Shown here: piece by piece, positions 14,326 to 26,661 of the stretch
Layout of the letters: every line of letters begins with the position of its first letter
Position numbering within the stretch: position 1 is the stretch's first letter
NCBI GenBank assembly: GCA_964016885.1
Contig: OZ024750.1
Coordinates: forward strand, 52,204,001 to 52,268,000
Direction: 5' to 3'
Origin: Eledone cirrhosa
Taxonomy: Eukaryota
DNA length: 64,000 nucleotides
Position numbers and translations under genes: made by a program
The notes under the pieces: generated by a model
Told to the model about the DNA's origin: nothing
Database searches by the model: none
The model's input: only the letters and a program-made list of their open reading frames with translations

Positions 14326-16709
14326 CATACATGTATATATATATGCACGCACGCACGCGTGTGTGTGTGTGCATAGACAGGCATGCAGACACATATTTAC
14401 ATACGCATACATACACACATACACATACACACATGACAAACTAGAAAAGAAATAGCAAAATACCAGACAGGGGAAGTATTTAAAATGTAATTAACAATAA
14501 ATTGCTTTTTAATCACATCTGACAAATCGAGAGGAAAAATGTGAAAGCAGCACTTAACATGTTATATATATATATATATGAGATAAGATGAAATGACCCT
14601 AGATATCAGCCAAGCATCAAATAGTATAACAACCATATCAGAACTACACCAGTAAGTGACCTTAACATAGAGATGGCAGTCAATGTTTGCTGCTAAATAG
14701 TCCTGTACTGAGACCAACACATAACTGTGTAACTGATACTCCACCAGATAACATGTCCAGAAAGACGAGCATAAGGGAAGCTAACTCTATCATGTACTAT
14801 AGTTGTCTATTGTATCAAATTTTCACAAATGTCCACCAGTAAAGATACTATAAACATTTGGATGAACAAACTTATTTTTAGATAGTTTCTGCTAAATCTT
14901 TACAGGATGATGTGGCTTACATTTATTTATTGAGCTTCTAAATGGTTGCAGTTTGCTCCTTTCTGAACTCATTTTGGGGTCTCAGTATACTCAATCTTTG
15001 TGTGTCCATCCCACACCTCCCAGGACAGGCCACATCCCCATCGCTGGTTTTTACAGTATGTGATGGAGACTGCGATGTATTTTTCAAACAGGCCTTTAAA
15101 TGATTGGTGTTGTCCTAAGTTCACATCTTACTCGAAGCATTGTGATGTACCCTCCACTTCCAGCAAAGTACAAAGACACCTATGCTTGGTCTAAATTGAA
15201 AACAGTACCAGAAAACAACAGGTTACAATAACATTTGTTTAATGCTCAAGATACGTTAGAAAAGTTTTGACATTTCAGACACTAGTCTTTTGTCAGAATG
15301 AGAGGTTTTTGGAAAGAGAAGAAAAGAGCAAGAGAAGGGAAGCACTTCCACCCTTTGATAGGTTTTGTTTCTAATTTTGATCAGTATCAACACACCCATC
15401 TCTCTCATTTAAGTAAAGGGGGCAGAAGGTTGGCTTAATCTCCCCTCCCCCAACCATGTTGATTTTTACAACCCGCACCTATTTAGGTTTAGCTGGCACC
15501 CTATGAGGTTATATCTCGTATGGAGTTTCTTGGTTGTTCTCATGACAGGGGCCCTATTCCTACCATGAGAAAATAAATTGGACAGGTTTCTAATCTGTTG
15601 CAGGAGGTTACCCTCCAGCTGCTAGTACTTGTAAAATGAATCATTTTGCTCAAGGACGCACCCTAACCACTAGACAATGTTTCCAACCATCAGACAGCTT
15701 GCACTTGATTACATAATACTAGTAGCAGTTAAAGATTGTCTCTACCAAATACATAGTCTTTTCTTTGCCCATTCTAGGAGGGATGGGAGCTGAGTCCTCA
15801 AGCATGCTGTCTAGCTGGTCCTGTCAGAAGCAACTGCCTCCAGCTGGATCCCCCAGTGAGGCCAGCTGAGCTTGTAGATGCTATCTTGCTCTGGGTCTTC
15901 TGCCAGTTGGTTTTGCCTGTAGAATTTGACCAGAAAGAAATATATATTGTATTACACTATATATAATACATTATAGAACTCGGTAGAGGGTCGGACGCCA
16001 TGCTTTGAAGCATAGTTACGTCCCTTTATGATCTGAGCATCTTAAGGCTTTAACTATAAAAAAAATGTTTTTATTTTTCATTCCATTACTGTTTTACTGA
16101 TTGTGTTTTTCTCTAACTTGCTACAAACCCTTCATAGATTGATGGGAGATGTGCAGTGTATTACCAAGTGGCAACCGCGGCTGGCAATGGTCCTCATTGG
16201 TAACTAGTGGTATGATGGTTGGTGGTAGTTTCTATATGATAGTTACTGGCTGTTTTTTGTGTTTAAAGAAAAAAAGTGTGTTTTAATGAGTTTATTTAAG
16301 GCATGTAGGAGAGGTATTTTAAATATGAAAACTATGAAAACATTTGTCTTTATGGTTTCTCTATATTACGGATTTTCATTTATCGTGGTTGGTTCTGGAA
16401 CGTCTCCCCCCCCCCCCCCCCAATAAACAGGGGATTACTGTGTATATAATAATGTTCATTCACTGCAGCTTATAGAAAGGCTATTACAACAAAAAGCTGT
16501 AAAGTGTTCGTGTAGGAGACACAGCAAAAAAGCACCCAACACATACTGTAAATGTGGTTGGCGTTAGGAAGGGCATCCAGCCGTAAACAGTCCTATCCGA
16601 GGAGCGAGACAGTCACCCAACCCAACTTGCCTCAAATGGGACAAACCTGTCTAACTCATGCTACCGTGGAAGATAGACGTTAAACGATATTTATATATAT
16701 AAATAAAAG

Positions 16710-16996
16710 TATAAAGATAACTTATAAAATAGGGTGAAGACTCTTAAAAGATGGAAAAAGAAGTTGCCATCGGCCACGCCTGTCAGTCTCTTTGCCTGCT
16801 GACATCTGAAAGCTGTTGTCCTGTTATTTAGTTTAAAGATGATGGGAAGCATTTTGTCAAAGGCTCTTTAGCTTATGGGTTAATGCAGCTAGCTAGTATC
16901 TGAAAGATATGGGGTTAATTTCCTCATAGTGGCCAATGGCAACTCCTTTTTCCATCTTTTAAGAGTATTCATACTATTTTATAAGCTAACTTTATA
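16710..16996. repeat. 68-bp inverted repeat with ~150-bp spacer
   Basis: 16710-16777 vs reverse complement of 16929-16996: 61/68 identical by manual alignment. Confidence 0.9.
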
Positions 16997-17034
16997 GTTT
17001 TTCTGTGCTTGAATACTTTATATATATATTATAT

Positions 17035-17070
<36 letters not shown>

Positions 17071-17188
17071 AAGTGTTACCACCACCACTACTACTATTAT
17101 CAGTAACTGTATTTTTAATTATTATTATTGTTGTTTTCATTTGTTATTCTTCCATGTATCTCTAAATACCAGTGCCCTGTGTTATATA

Positions 17189-17312
17189 CACATTAGTATC
17201 CTGATGATTTGATCAGGCAAACACTAATTAAGGTCAAGTGACGTAATTTCTAGCGATGAGCGGCTTTTAGACTCGCCTGATTAATGAAACAGTTGTTAAT
17301 ACTGTGAATAAA
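17189..17312 (+). ncRNA. Type I hammerhead ribozyme-like motif with long stem II (probably decayed; Penelope-like pLTR)
   Basis: AGTAT-C CTGATGA TTTGATCAGGC...GCCTGATTAAT GAAA CAGTTG TT A-ATACT, followed by AATAAA at 17307. Confidence 0.65.
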
Positions 17313-17528
17313 CCCTTTTTGTACAGCCGACCCTGTTATTCTTCATTCTTTTACTATTATTACTCAAGAACTGCCTGCCTAGGAACTCTCTTAAACTGGC
17401 CACCTAACTAAGGAAACTTCTTGTTGAGTCAAACAATGCTGTACGTTAGAACTATCCTCAACACAGAGTACTCACAACCTCTAGCTGGATTACCTTAAAC
17501 GATACCTTGTTATTATATATATATATAT

Positions 17529-18060
17529 TTGTTCTCAACCAATTCTAGAGGCTTCCTGCCTATATTAGTAATCTTCTCTGGCTTCTTAATATTTTCTACC
17601 AGATATTTTGTCTTAATCTCATTCATTCTCATTGACACAGTCTCCACCTCCTGCATCAAATCCTCTGCCTCCTTAACTGTTTGTCACCAAAACTATGTTG
17701 TCAGCAAATTCAGCATCCGACATCTTTTTTGCCTTAACTCTCCTGCTCTGAGCAGTATACACTGAGGATGAAGAACTCAGAGCTGTACGGGGGCCTCCCA
17801 AAAGTGACACAGAGGTGACTGAGGTTAGCTGGACATGCTCACCGACATCTAGAGTTGACATTGCACTCAGTGCTCCTATGGGAGCCCCTGCATGGACACA
17901 CTGGAAGAGGAAGACCGAAGTTAACATATGTTGATGCCCTAAGGATAGACAGTGGTCTGTTGGAGATGCAGGACATGGCAGTGATAATGAGGGACAGAGA
18001 CCGCTGGAGAGAACTCGTTCATGGATCTCGGGAATTTTACCCGCCCTAGATAGATAGATA
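17529..18060. mobile_element. Non-LTR retrotransposon 3' fragment with inverted 5' segment, (TAGA)n tail
   Basis: Minus 17529-17755 encodes an RT motif-C-like DAEFADNIVL; plus 17760-18049 encodes LAGHAHRH...LLWEPLHGHTGRGRPKLTYVDAL...DRDRWR followed by TAGATAGATAGATA. Confidence 0.75.
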
Positions 18061-18677
18061 TTTGTAAAATTTGGGTATTCTCAGCACGAAAGGTAGCCGT
18101 TACCAGCTGTATACTATTTACATAGTAAAATTTTGGGGGGCTTATATATAACCACAAATCGAATGGAGAGCGTGAGAGATGCTATTAGGTATATTATGTG
18201 ATATGTGTTTGTGTATGTTATGCAGTATATGTGTGTTTATTGTATGCAATGTACTTTTGTATATTATATACTTTAACTTTTTTTAATGACTATGGTCCAA
18301 AATAAGCCTGAAATGTCATTTTTCTGGAAATACTAATGTAAATTATTCTTCTTGCTTGTTGACACAGTAGTAGTGATGGTGGTGGTGGTCGTAGTAGTAG
18401 CAGTGATGGTGGTAGTAATAGCATCAGCAGCAGTGGTGGTGGTGGTAGTAGCAGTAGTAGTACATTAGTTTTAAATCTTCAGATAATGTTCATTCAATGC
18501 AGATTATAGAAAGGCTATTAATTTTTAAACTTTTAATCCATTAAGCCAATCATTTTTCAAATTTTTTTTAAGATTATTAAAATTAGTTAAATAAACAAAA
18601 GAAACAAAAAATAAAACAAAAAAAAGCAGATTTTTGAAAAGATATACCAAAATATATTTATACCAAAATATATTTAG

Positions 18678-18880
18678 CCCTTTAGCACTCACATTACTCT
18701 ATATAATTTTGTACTTTCATATAATTTTGTACTTTCACATAATATCAAATCTGAGATGTTGATATTATTTATTTTGAGAACAATACCTTAATATCAGTAC
18801 GAGTGGCTAGTTACAGTCGGTTTGAACAGAAAAGGATGAGAGAATTCTAGCCAGATACTGCCTGTTTAAATGCTAAAGGA
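18678..18880. mobile_element. piggyBac-type MITE (~200 bp)
   Basis: TIRs CCCTTTAGCA...TGCTAAAGGA; TTAG on both flanks; inverted homologue at 28113-28317. Confidence 0.75.
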
Positions 18881-19135
18881 TTAGTGTATGACATCTAGGG
18901 CAAGTGTCATTTGGAACATAACTTAATAAAGGTTCTCATGTAACATTACGATGGAAGGTTTTTAGATAAATATAAACACTTTAAAACAAAGTTTTATACT
19001 ATTGAACCGAGGGTAGTTTGGTGTCTCATTAGAGACCAGCTAAACCTGCAGAGCTGGAAATTTCATTCACCCTCATTTTATTTTACTCTGCAATAATTGA
19101 ACAAATTTTAACTATTTAAAAAATTTCTTTTTCAG

Positions 19136-19321
19136 AAGGTGGTATTTTGTTGGGTGCTTCTAGCCTGACTGGACGTTATTGGTATGGTTCCTTATGGTAC
19201 TACGAAGTAGCTGCGCATGTGCCAGATGTTGAAAAATGTACTGCTGGTGTACAGTTGGAGGCTGGCATTGGTGATGCAATTTGGATAGATAATGATAAAA
19301 CTCTCATTGGCTTAGACACAG
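19136..19321 (+). CDS. WDR77: WDR77/MEP50 (methylosome protein 50) internal exon, 186 bp, phase 1-1
   Basis: tttttcag acceptor and G/gtaag donor; encodes GGILLGASSLTGRYWYGSLWYYEVAAHVPDVEKCTAGVQLEAGIGDAIWIDNDKTLIGLDTG, matching MEP50 [20 protein letters not shown]...CSAGVQTEAGVADLTWV. Confidence 0.93.
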
Positions 19322-19736
19322 GTAAGCTTGTATATTTGTAAGTTGTGCACACTGTTTTATTATATTTTTGTGTGTGTTTTGGCCTCTTTTGTTGTCTAGT
19401 TCTCTTGCCATGATAAAACACATCCAGTACACTCTGTAAAGTAAAATGGCTGGTGTTAGGAAGGGTATCCAGCTATAGAAAACTTGCCAAAAGTTCAAGA
19501 GGAAGCTGTAGTGTCGGGGGCATAACCTCTCCAGTGTCTGGGACATGACAACCTCTCCAGTGTCTGTGACATGATAAAACACAACCTGTACATTCTAAAG
19601 TGGGTGTTGTTAAGAAGGGTGTCTAGCCATAGAAAACTTGCCAAAGACTCAAGGGGAAGCTTTAGTTGTGTCAAGGATTGCATGTAAATGAAATGCAAGC
19701 CCCTGGCCCATCCAAGAAGTCAATAGCTCTTATTAA

Positions 19737-21166
19737 CCTTTTAGCATTCAAATTGGCCAAATCCGGTCACATATACCCACATTAAAATATCAATCTAAAA
19801 ATAAGCAATGTCATCAAAATCTTGTTGATTTGAAATTACTGGGAGATAAGGCCAAATATTATTACCACGAAATACAACACTTAATATAGTGATGTGTCTT
19901 TAACATCGGAAGTACAACAGATGTTTTGTGTGTATGAATATGGCTTGGGAAAGTAGTGATACCAACTTTGGAGGTTTTACATGTGATGACAATCAAATTG
20001 AAGAAGAAACAAAAGAAAATATCAGTGATTTATCTTCAAATGAATCAGATGTATATATCTCTGAATTTTCATCCGACAATGATTGTTGTTTTGATAGTAA
20101 AAGCGAAGATCTCCAGGACGCCATTGAAAATGTTACAGCAACGTGGTTGAAAAACACCACACCAATATTTGTTCCTGATTTTATTGAAAATACTGGTCCA
20201 CAACACACTACCTCCTAATTCAAGCATTTTTTTGGTATAAAGAAAATTCCAAAATTGTGGAATTACTGGAGTGCTGATATAAGGTTTAGTGACACTTATA
20301 TATATCAAGTATTATGCCAAATGTTATTCCTATCTTGTAATCAACAACCAGGTGTTGGGACTGAAGGTAAACTTTTAATTAACCTCTGTTACAATAAATA
20401 TATGGGTGGAGTGGACAAATCTGACCAGTATTGTGCATATTAATGGTGGAAATATATTTTGTGGTTTTTAGTCAATTTAACCATTGTGAATTCTTTTATT
20501 GTATTCACTAAAAACCACAAGGATCCATCACCACCAAAGGACTACTGCCACATGAAATTTCGTGTGGACATTGCATCTCAGCTACGTGAAGGATATTTCT
20601 CTCAAACACAGAGCTGGGAGAAAATCAAAATTATCTGGGGTGAACAAAGAAAATATTGATTTTCATAAAATAGAGAAAATTAATGGGAGGGAGGAATGCG
20701 CTCTTCACAAGAGAAAAACTGCGAAAGGTTACCAAATTGAAACCTCTTTTATATGTTCCTTTTGCAAAGTTTCATTATATAATAGGTGTTTTGGCCAATT
20801 CCACAACAGAAATATTGTCTGGCAATATGGATAAAAAAAATTTTTTTTAAAATGCAAAAACACTTGCATTCACCTGTGTCACACCTGTTAATGAACTTAT
20901 ATATTGGGCACATTCTGTTATGAAAATCTACCCAGTACATTGCCAATATTATTTTGACTGGTATTAAACCTTGTGCTGATTATACCTGCATTTTAAATTA
21001 ATTCACCTGTTGGTGAAATTGTTGGAAGTCAACATCTAGGTCTTTGCTGGGAAATTTTTGTAACAAATCTAACAAGTAAGGTACATAAAGTTAACATGTT
21101 TGTGTTTATCCATAAAGTCATTATTTTTACACCTGGTAATTTCACCTGGCCGTAAAAGTCAAATTT

Positions 21167-21197
<31 letters not shown>

Positions 21198-21371
21198 ATC
21201 AGGTAAAGATAAATAATTGTAAATTATTTATTTAAACAGCTGATAAAATTTCAAGTCTGCACATAGAAAATTAAGAAAATTAAATTACAAACAAATGTTG
21301 ATAACCCTGTTGAGTATGATTAACTGAAAATATTGTAGATAGATAAATATGACATTTGACAGAGTAAAGGG
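19737..21371 (+). mobile_element. Internally deleted piggyBac (PGBD4-like) transposon
   Basis: TTAA at 19733-19736 and 21372-21375; ends CCTTTTAGCATT...TAAAGGG; broken transposase with acidic N-terminus, YNKYMGGVDKSDQ, WFLVNLTIVNSFI and C-terminal CSFCKVSL. Confidence 0.88.
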
Positions 21372-22185
21372 TTAAAGTACTGATCTTTGACAACCTGTCC
21401 TTGTCAACATGGAAAGTAAAATAGTTAACATTAGGAATGTCGTCCAGCTGTAGAAACCATGCTATAGTGACCCTTAATAACCACTGGTAGTGTTAAAGAA
21501 AATATTGGATGTGATGTAGATCTGGTGAGCCTCGTATGGTACATACTAGTAGATAAACATAGATTAAGTGATTAGAATATTATAGGAGACACTAATCATA
21601 GATAAGTCTAAGAAGAATGCTAGATATGCTAATGCTAAGATTATTAATTTGCTCTGTACATAGGATCATCATTTTACATCCACTTTCCATAGTGGTATGG
21701 GTTGGATGGGTTATCACCGTTCGAGACGGGACTGGTTAAGGGCACCCCATCTTGCTCAGCTATTCCATTTTTTTTTGGCATGGTCTCTACAGTTGAAGGC
21801 CATTCCACATGCCAACCTCTTCCTTAATCAATAGATTATTATCCGTGGAATATAATTTCTAAACAAATATGAAAGGGATATTTTGATTTAGAAGACAACT
21901 TTTAGTGTCTGTGTATATATGTGTGTGTGTGTGTGTCATTCTATCATGGTAGCACTAACATTTTACAGAGTTTACTGGGCGCATTTTATCGTGACATCAG
22001 CATTACCACTTTACAATGTACTAGGGGCATTTTATCGTAGTTTAAGAAGGCTGTTCTGTGTCAAGGGTACGACTACCTCTAGTGTTGCTGATCTACATGA
22101 TAAACACACCTAGTCCATTCTGTAAAGTGGTTGGTGATATGAGGAGCGTCCAAACGAAGAAAATCAACAAAACAAAGGTTCAGGG

Positions 22186-22516
22186 GAATTCTTGAGCTGT
22201 GTCAAAGACATGACAACCTCCCTTGGTAGAGTGTAGAACTGGAGGATTCTTGAGCTGTGTCAAAGACATGGCAACCTCTCTCGGTAGAGTGTAGAACTGG
22301 AGGATTCTTGAGCTGTCAAAGACGTGGCAACCTCTCTCGGTAGAGTGTAGAACTGGAGGATTCTTGAGCTGTGTCAAAGACATGGCAACCTCTCTCGGTA
22401 GAGTGTAGAACTGGAGGATTCTTGAGTTGTCAAAGACATGACAACCTCTCTCGGTAGAGTGTAGAACTGGAGGATTCTTGAGCTGTCAAAGACATGACAA
22501 CCTCCCTTGGTAGAGT
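22186..22516. repeat. Tandem array, 56-58-bp unit x ~6, inside a retroposon tail
   Basis: GGATTCTTGAGCTGTGTCAAAGACATGGCAACCTCTCTCGGTAGAGTGTAGAACTGGA repeated. Confidence 0.92.
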
Positions 22517-22940
22517 GAGAAGATGTAAGCCCCCAGTCCATGAGAAGTCAGTAGCACAGATTAGATATTGACTTGATCTGTAGCAACCCATCCAACCCAG
22601 TGGACGTTATAAGATGATTATCATTAGAAATATTTTAAAACAGTTTTGCATCACAGAAGCAGGGACAGTTGGGTTGTATCAAAAGGGTTAATGTGATATT
22701 TTATGACTGTTAGACACTATAGCCTGTTTGGTAGACTGGGAACAGTGTTTAGCAGACTTTCCCATGTGACATTTCCTCCACTTCCTTAATTTATAGATTA
22801 TTATCAGGGGAATATCATTTCTAAACAAATAGAAAGATTATTTTGGTATGCAAGAGACATCTAGTATGTGTGTGTGTGTGTGTGCACACATATATATCAT
22901 CTTCGTTTAACGTCCATCTTCCATGCTAGGATGGGTTAGA

Positions 22941-23219
22941 CATATATATGTACATATATACATGTGTATATATATATACATGTGTATATATATACATGTG
23001 TATATATATACATGTGTATATATATACATATGTATATATATATATACATATGTATATATATACATATGTATTTATATACATATATATTTATATATATATT
23101 TATATATATATATATATATTTATTATATATATATATATATATATATTTATTTATATATATATATATATTTATTTATTTATATATATGTATACATATATAT
23201 ATATATATATGTATATATT

Positions 23220-23252
<33 letters not shown>

Positions 23253-23263
23253 GTATATATATG

Positions 23264-23326
<63 letters not shown>

Positions 23327-23370
23327 ACATATATATATACACAGACACAGACACACACAGACACAGACAC
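22941..23370. repeat. (TA)n-rich microsatellite
   Basis: TA/TACA/TATG repeats; source of the YIYI ORFs. Confidence 0.95.
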
Positions 23371-23414
23371 AATGAAATTAAACAAAAGGCGGTTAATTCA
23401 TAGTAAACATCATT

Positions 23415-24536
23415 AATGATGCCGGTGTACTTAGTGTCACGAATGATCAGAAAAAGGAGGCCTGGAAATGTCTTTATGAGAGACTGATGAATGTGGAGAA
23501 GGAATGGGAGAGAGAGAAATTACCCTCTGTAGATCCGACAGGGGGACCAGCTATTGAGATTGACGAATATAGGGTCCAAGAGGCGATTAAGGAAATGAAA
23601 AATGGTAAGGCTGCTGGACCGTCAGGGATAGTTGCTGAGATGCTGAAGGCATCAGGGGGCGTAGGCACTAAACTGGTTGCACGCATCATCAATCAGGCTA
23701 TATATGGTGGTGTCATACCCAAAGACTGGTGCAGCAGTATTCTCATAAATTGCTACAAAGGTAAAGGGGATGCTCAGAAAGGATATTAGCACAACTAATT
23801 AGAGAAAGGGTCAAACTAGATGAGATGCAGTTTGGTTTTGTGCCTGGGAAAAGTACAACAGATGCCCTCTTCTTGGTGAGACAATTACAAGAGAAGTTCT
23901 TAGAGAAGAATAAGCCACTATACTTAGCCTTTGTTGACCTAGAGAAGGCCTTTGATAAGGTACCCCGATCTGTTATCTGGTGGTCCCTAAGGAAACTAGG
24001 TGTTGAGGAATGGCTTGTGAGGACAGTGCAAACTTTGTACAGAGGTATTGTCAGTAAAGTCAGGGTAGGAATGGAGTTTAGTGAGGAATTCTAGATACAA
24101 GTAGGAGTACATCAAGGTTCGGTCCTCAGCCCGCTCTTGTTCATTATAGTCCTCCAAGCCATAACAGAGGAGTTTAAGACTGGCTGTCCATGGGAACTTC
24201 TCTATGCTGACGATCTGGTTCTTATAGCAGAATCAGTAGAGGAGCTAGAAAATAAATTCTGGCTATGGAAACAGCAGTTGGAAGCAAGAGGACTGAGAGT
24301 GAACCTAGCTAAGACAAACGTGTTGATGAGTAGAAAAGAGGGCAAAACTCCGATTCCGTCAGGGAAATGGCCATGTTCGATATGCAGAAAAGGAACTGGC
24401 ATAAATTCTATAAAATGCACACAATGCAGATCCTGGGTACACAAGAGATGTAGTGGGATAGCAGGCAAACTAACAGGTAGGGAGAAATACGTATCCAGTG
24501 AAGCAGACGTATGATGATGATGATGATGATGATAAT
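23415..24536 (+). pseudogene. RTE-clade LINE reverse transcriptase fragment (disrupted) ending in (GAT)n
   Basis: MKNGKAAGPSG, QFGFVPGKST, LAFVDLEKAFDKVPR, GVHQGSVLSPLLF and LLYADDLVL; in-frame stop at 24092 and a deletion near 23790. Confidence 0.93.
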
Positions 24537-24639
24537 GAAATATACACACACACATATATATATATGCCCCATTTGTTTTTCTAAAATAACAATCTCGTTT
24601 GTTTAATTTTGGCCGAAAATTCTAGGATTTATAAAATGG

Positions 24640-25910
24640 TCTCCTTGTCCCTCTTAATCTTTATACCCCCCCCCCCCCCCTATATCGTATACGCACCTGC
24701 TGGTTCACCCTTTCAATCACTCCCTTCTCTCACCAAATATAAATAAACCTCTTACGAGGTACGAATCTCAGAATTTGTCAACACTTATTAATGGTCAGAC
24801 CTGCTCGCTCTCCTGCGAAATGTAATGTAAAATGCCATTTTTTCTTGTCTCTCCATCCTCTCGGTCCATTCATTCATATATCCGTATCATCGCCCAGAAT
24901 CCTATTCTATAATTCTGTCTGGTTGTTCTAAATAATCTTCTTGTATTTTAAAATCCCATTATTCGCTTATTACTGTTATATGCTTGTCCAATTATGCCCA
25001 AAATTCGAAGATTTTATTTAAACCCTCTCGCTAACTACCCCATACCCCTCCCACCTGCCCCCACTCTCCACCATTATTATTTGGACCAATCATAAGTCAG
25101 CGGTCTATGCTATCACTTCTCCTGGTTGCTTTTTGATATGATGGATGCACTAAGGAATTCTGGAGAGTCTGAAAAATCTGGACACTCAGTGACAATGCCA
25201 AAGATAAAGACAAATTCACCTCATGCTGCCGGACGAAAAGGCAAGGACTCCTCCTCTTTGTTTCGGCTGCGGATGGCCAACATAACCCCATCCCCCTCAA
25301 CCATCCCCGCGCCCCACCGTTCCCACCCGCCAAACGCAATCCAAAATTTCAGAGTTGGTACCATGAATATAGGCACCTTAAAAGGTCGCTCTAACGAGGT
25401 TGTAGAAATGCTTGAACGTAAGGAGGTTGATGTTTGCTGTATCCAAGAGACCAGGTGGAGGGGTGGGGGCTGCTAGATTCATTGTGGGTAAAAAAAGATG
25501 CTATAAGCTTTTCTGGGTGGGGTAGGGATCATGTTAGCAGAAAAATGGGTAGATAAGATAATAGACGTAAATAGAGTGAACGACAGAATAATTAAAATAA
25601 GATTTGTCCTAAATAGAACTACTGTGACAGTAATATCTGCGTATGCACCCCAATCCGGACTGCCTGGCGCTATAAAAGACAGATTCTATGAGACATTGAT
25701 GCTCACTACCTCCCAAATAACCGACAGTGACTACATAATTATTGCTGGCGACCTAAATGGTCACATTGGACAACATTGTGACGGCTATGGCAGAATCCAT
25801 GGAGGCTATGGGTTTGGTACTAGAAATGAGGAAGGCTCCAGAATCCTGGAATTCTGTGATGCAAATAACCTAACTATCTGTAACACTAACTTCAAAAAAC
25901 GAGAATCACT
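24640..25910 (+). pseudogene. RTE-clade LINE 5' portion: putative 5' UTR plus APE endonuclease domain (disrupted)
   Basis: VGTMNIGTL, CCIQETRW, ISAYAPQ, IAGDLNGHIG and RNEEGSRILEFC motifs; stop at 25474; left boundary uncertain. Confidence 0.88.
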
Positions 25911-26661
25911 TGATCAGGGGAACATGGTAGAAGGGGGCTCGATATATATTCTAATTCTATTTAAATAAAGTTTGGAATTTTGACCATTTCTTAGACATAG
26001 AATAGTGGGGTTAGCTTATACTGGAGTATATATAGTATATTACGCTAGGTAACAAATTGTAAGAGCAGCAAGTTAAAAAATGCCTTGCATGCAGTATATA
26101 TCCAATCTATTCATGTTCTGACTTCAAATCCTGCTGAAGTTAACTTTGCATTTCATTTTTTGCTGGGGCTAATAAATTACCCCACCATTCTAATGCGGTG
26201 GACTGGCAGAATTGTTAAAGTATCAGATGGGCGGCTTTGTGATACCCCAGCCCTCTGATGTGGTGGACTTGCAGAATTATTAAAGTACTAGATGGGAGGC
26301 TTTGTGATATATGTTCCAGCTCTTTGTATTCTGAGTTCGAATTCCACTGAGATCAGCTTTGCCTTTCGTCCTTCCAGGTGGAATCATAAGAGGGTGGACT
26401 GGCAGAATTATTTGATAGCCAGCTGCGATTCTTTTATGATATTTGTTCCATCTCTTTGTAGGAGTTCAAATCCTGTCATGGTATACCACCCTCAATAGAA
26501 AAGATTAGACACTCAACATGTAAACATTTATAGTTAAGCATGGATTGTCTTTAAAGGACAGATTTTCTCAAATCTAAGTCTCTTTGTAGGTACAAAAAAT
26601 GTGTGCAATGTCTGTATGTATGTTTTAGACAAAAGCTCCCTCACTAAAGTTTTGATTATGA

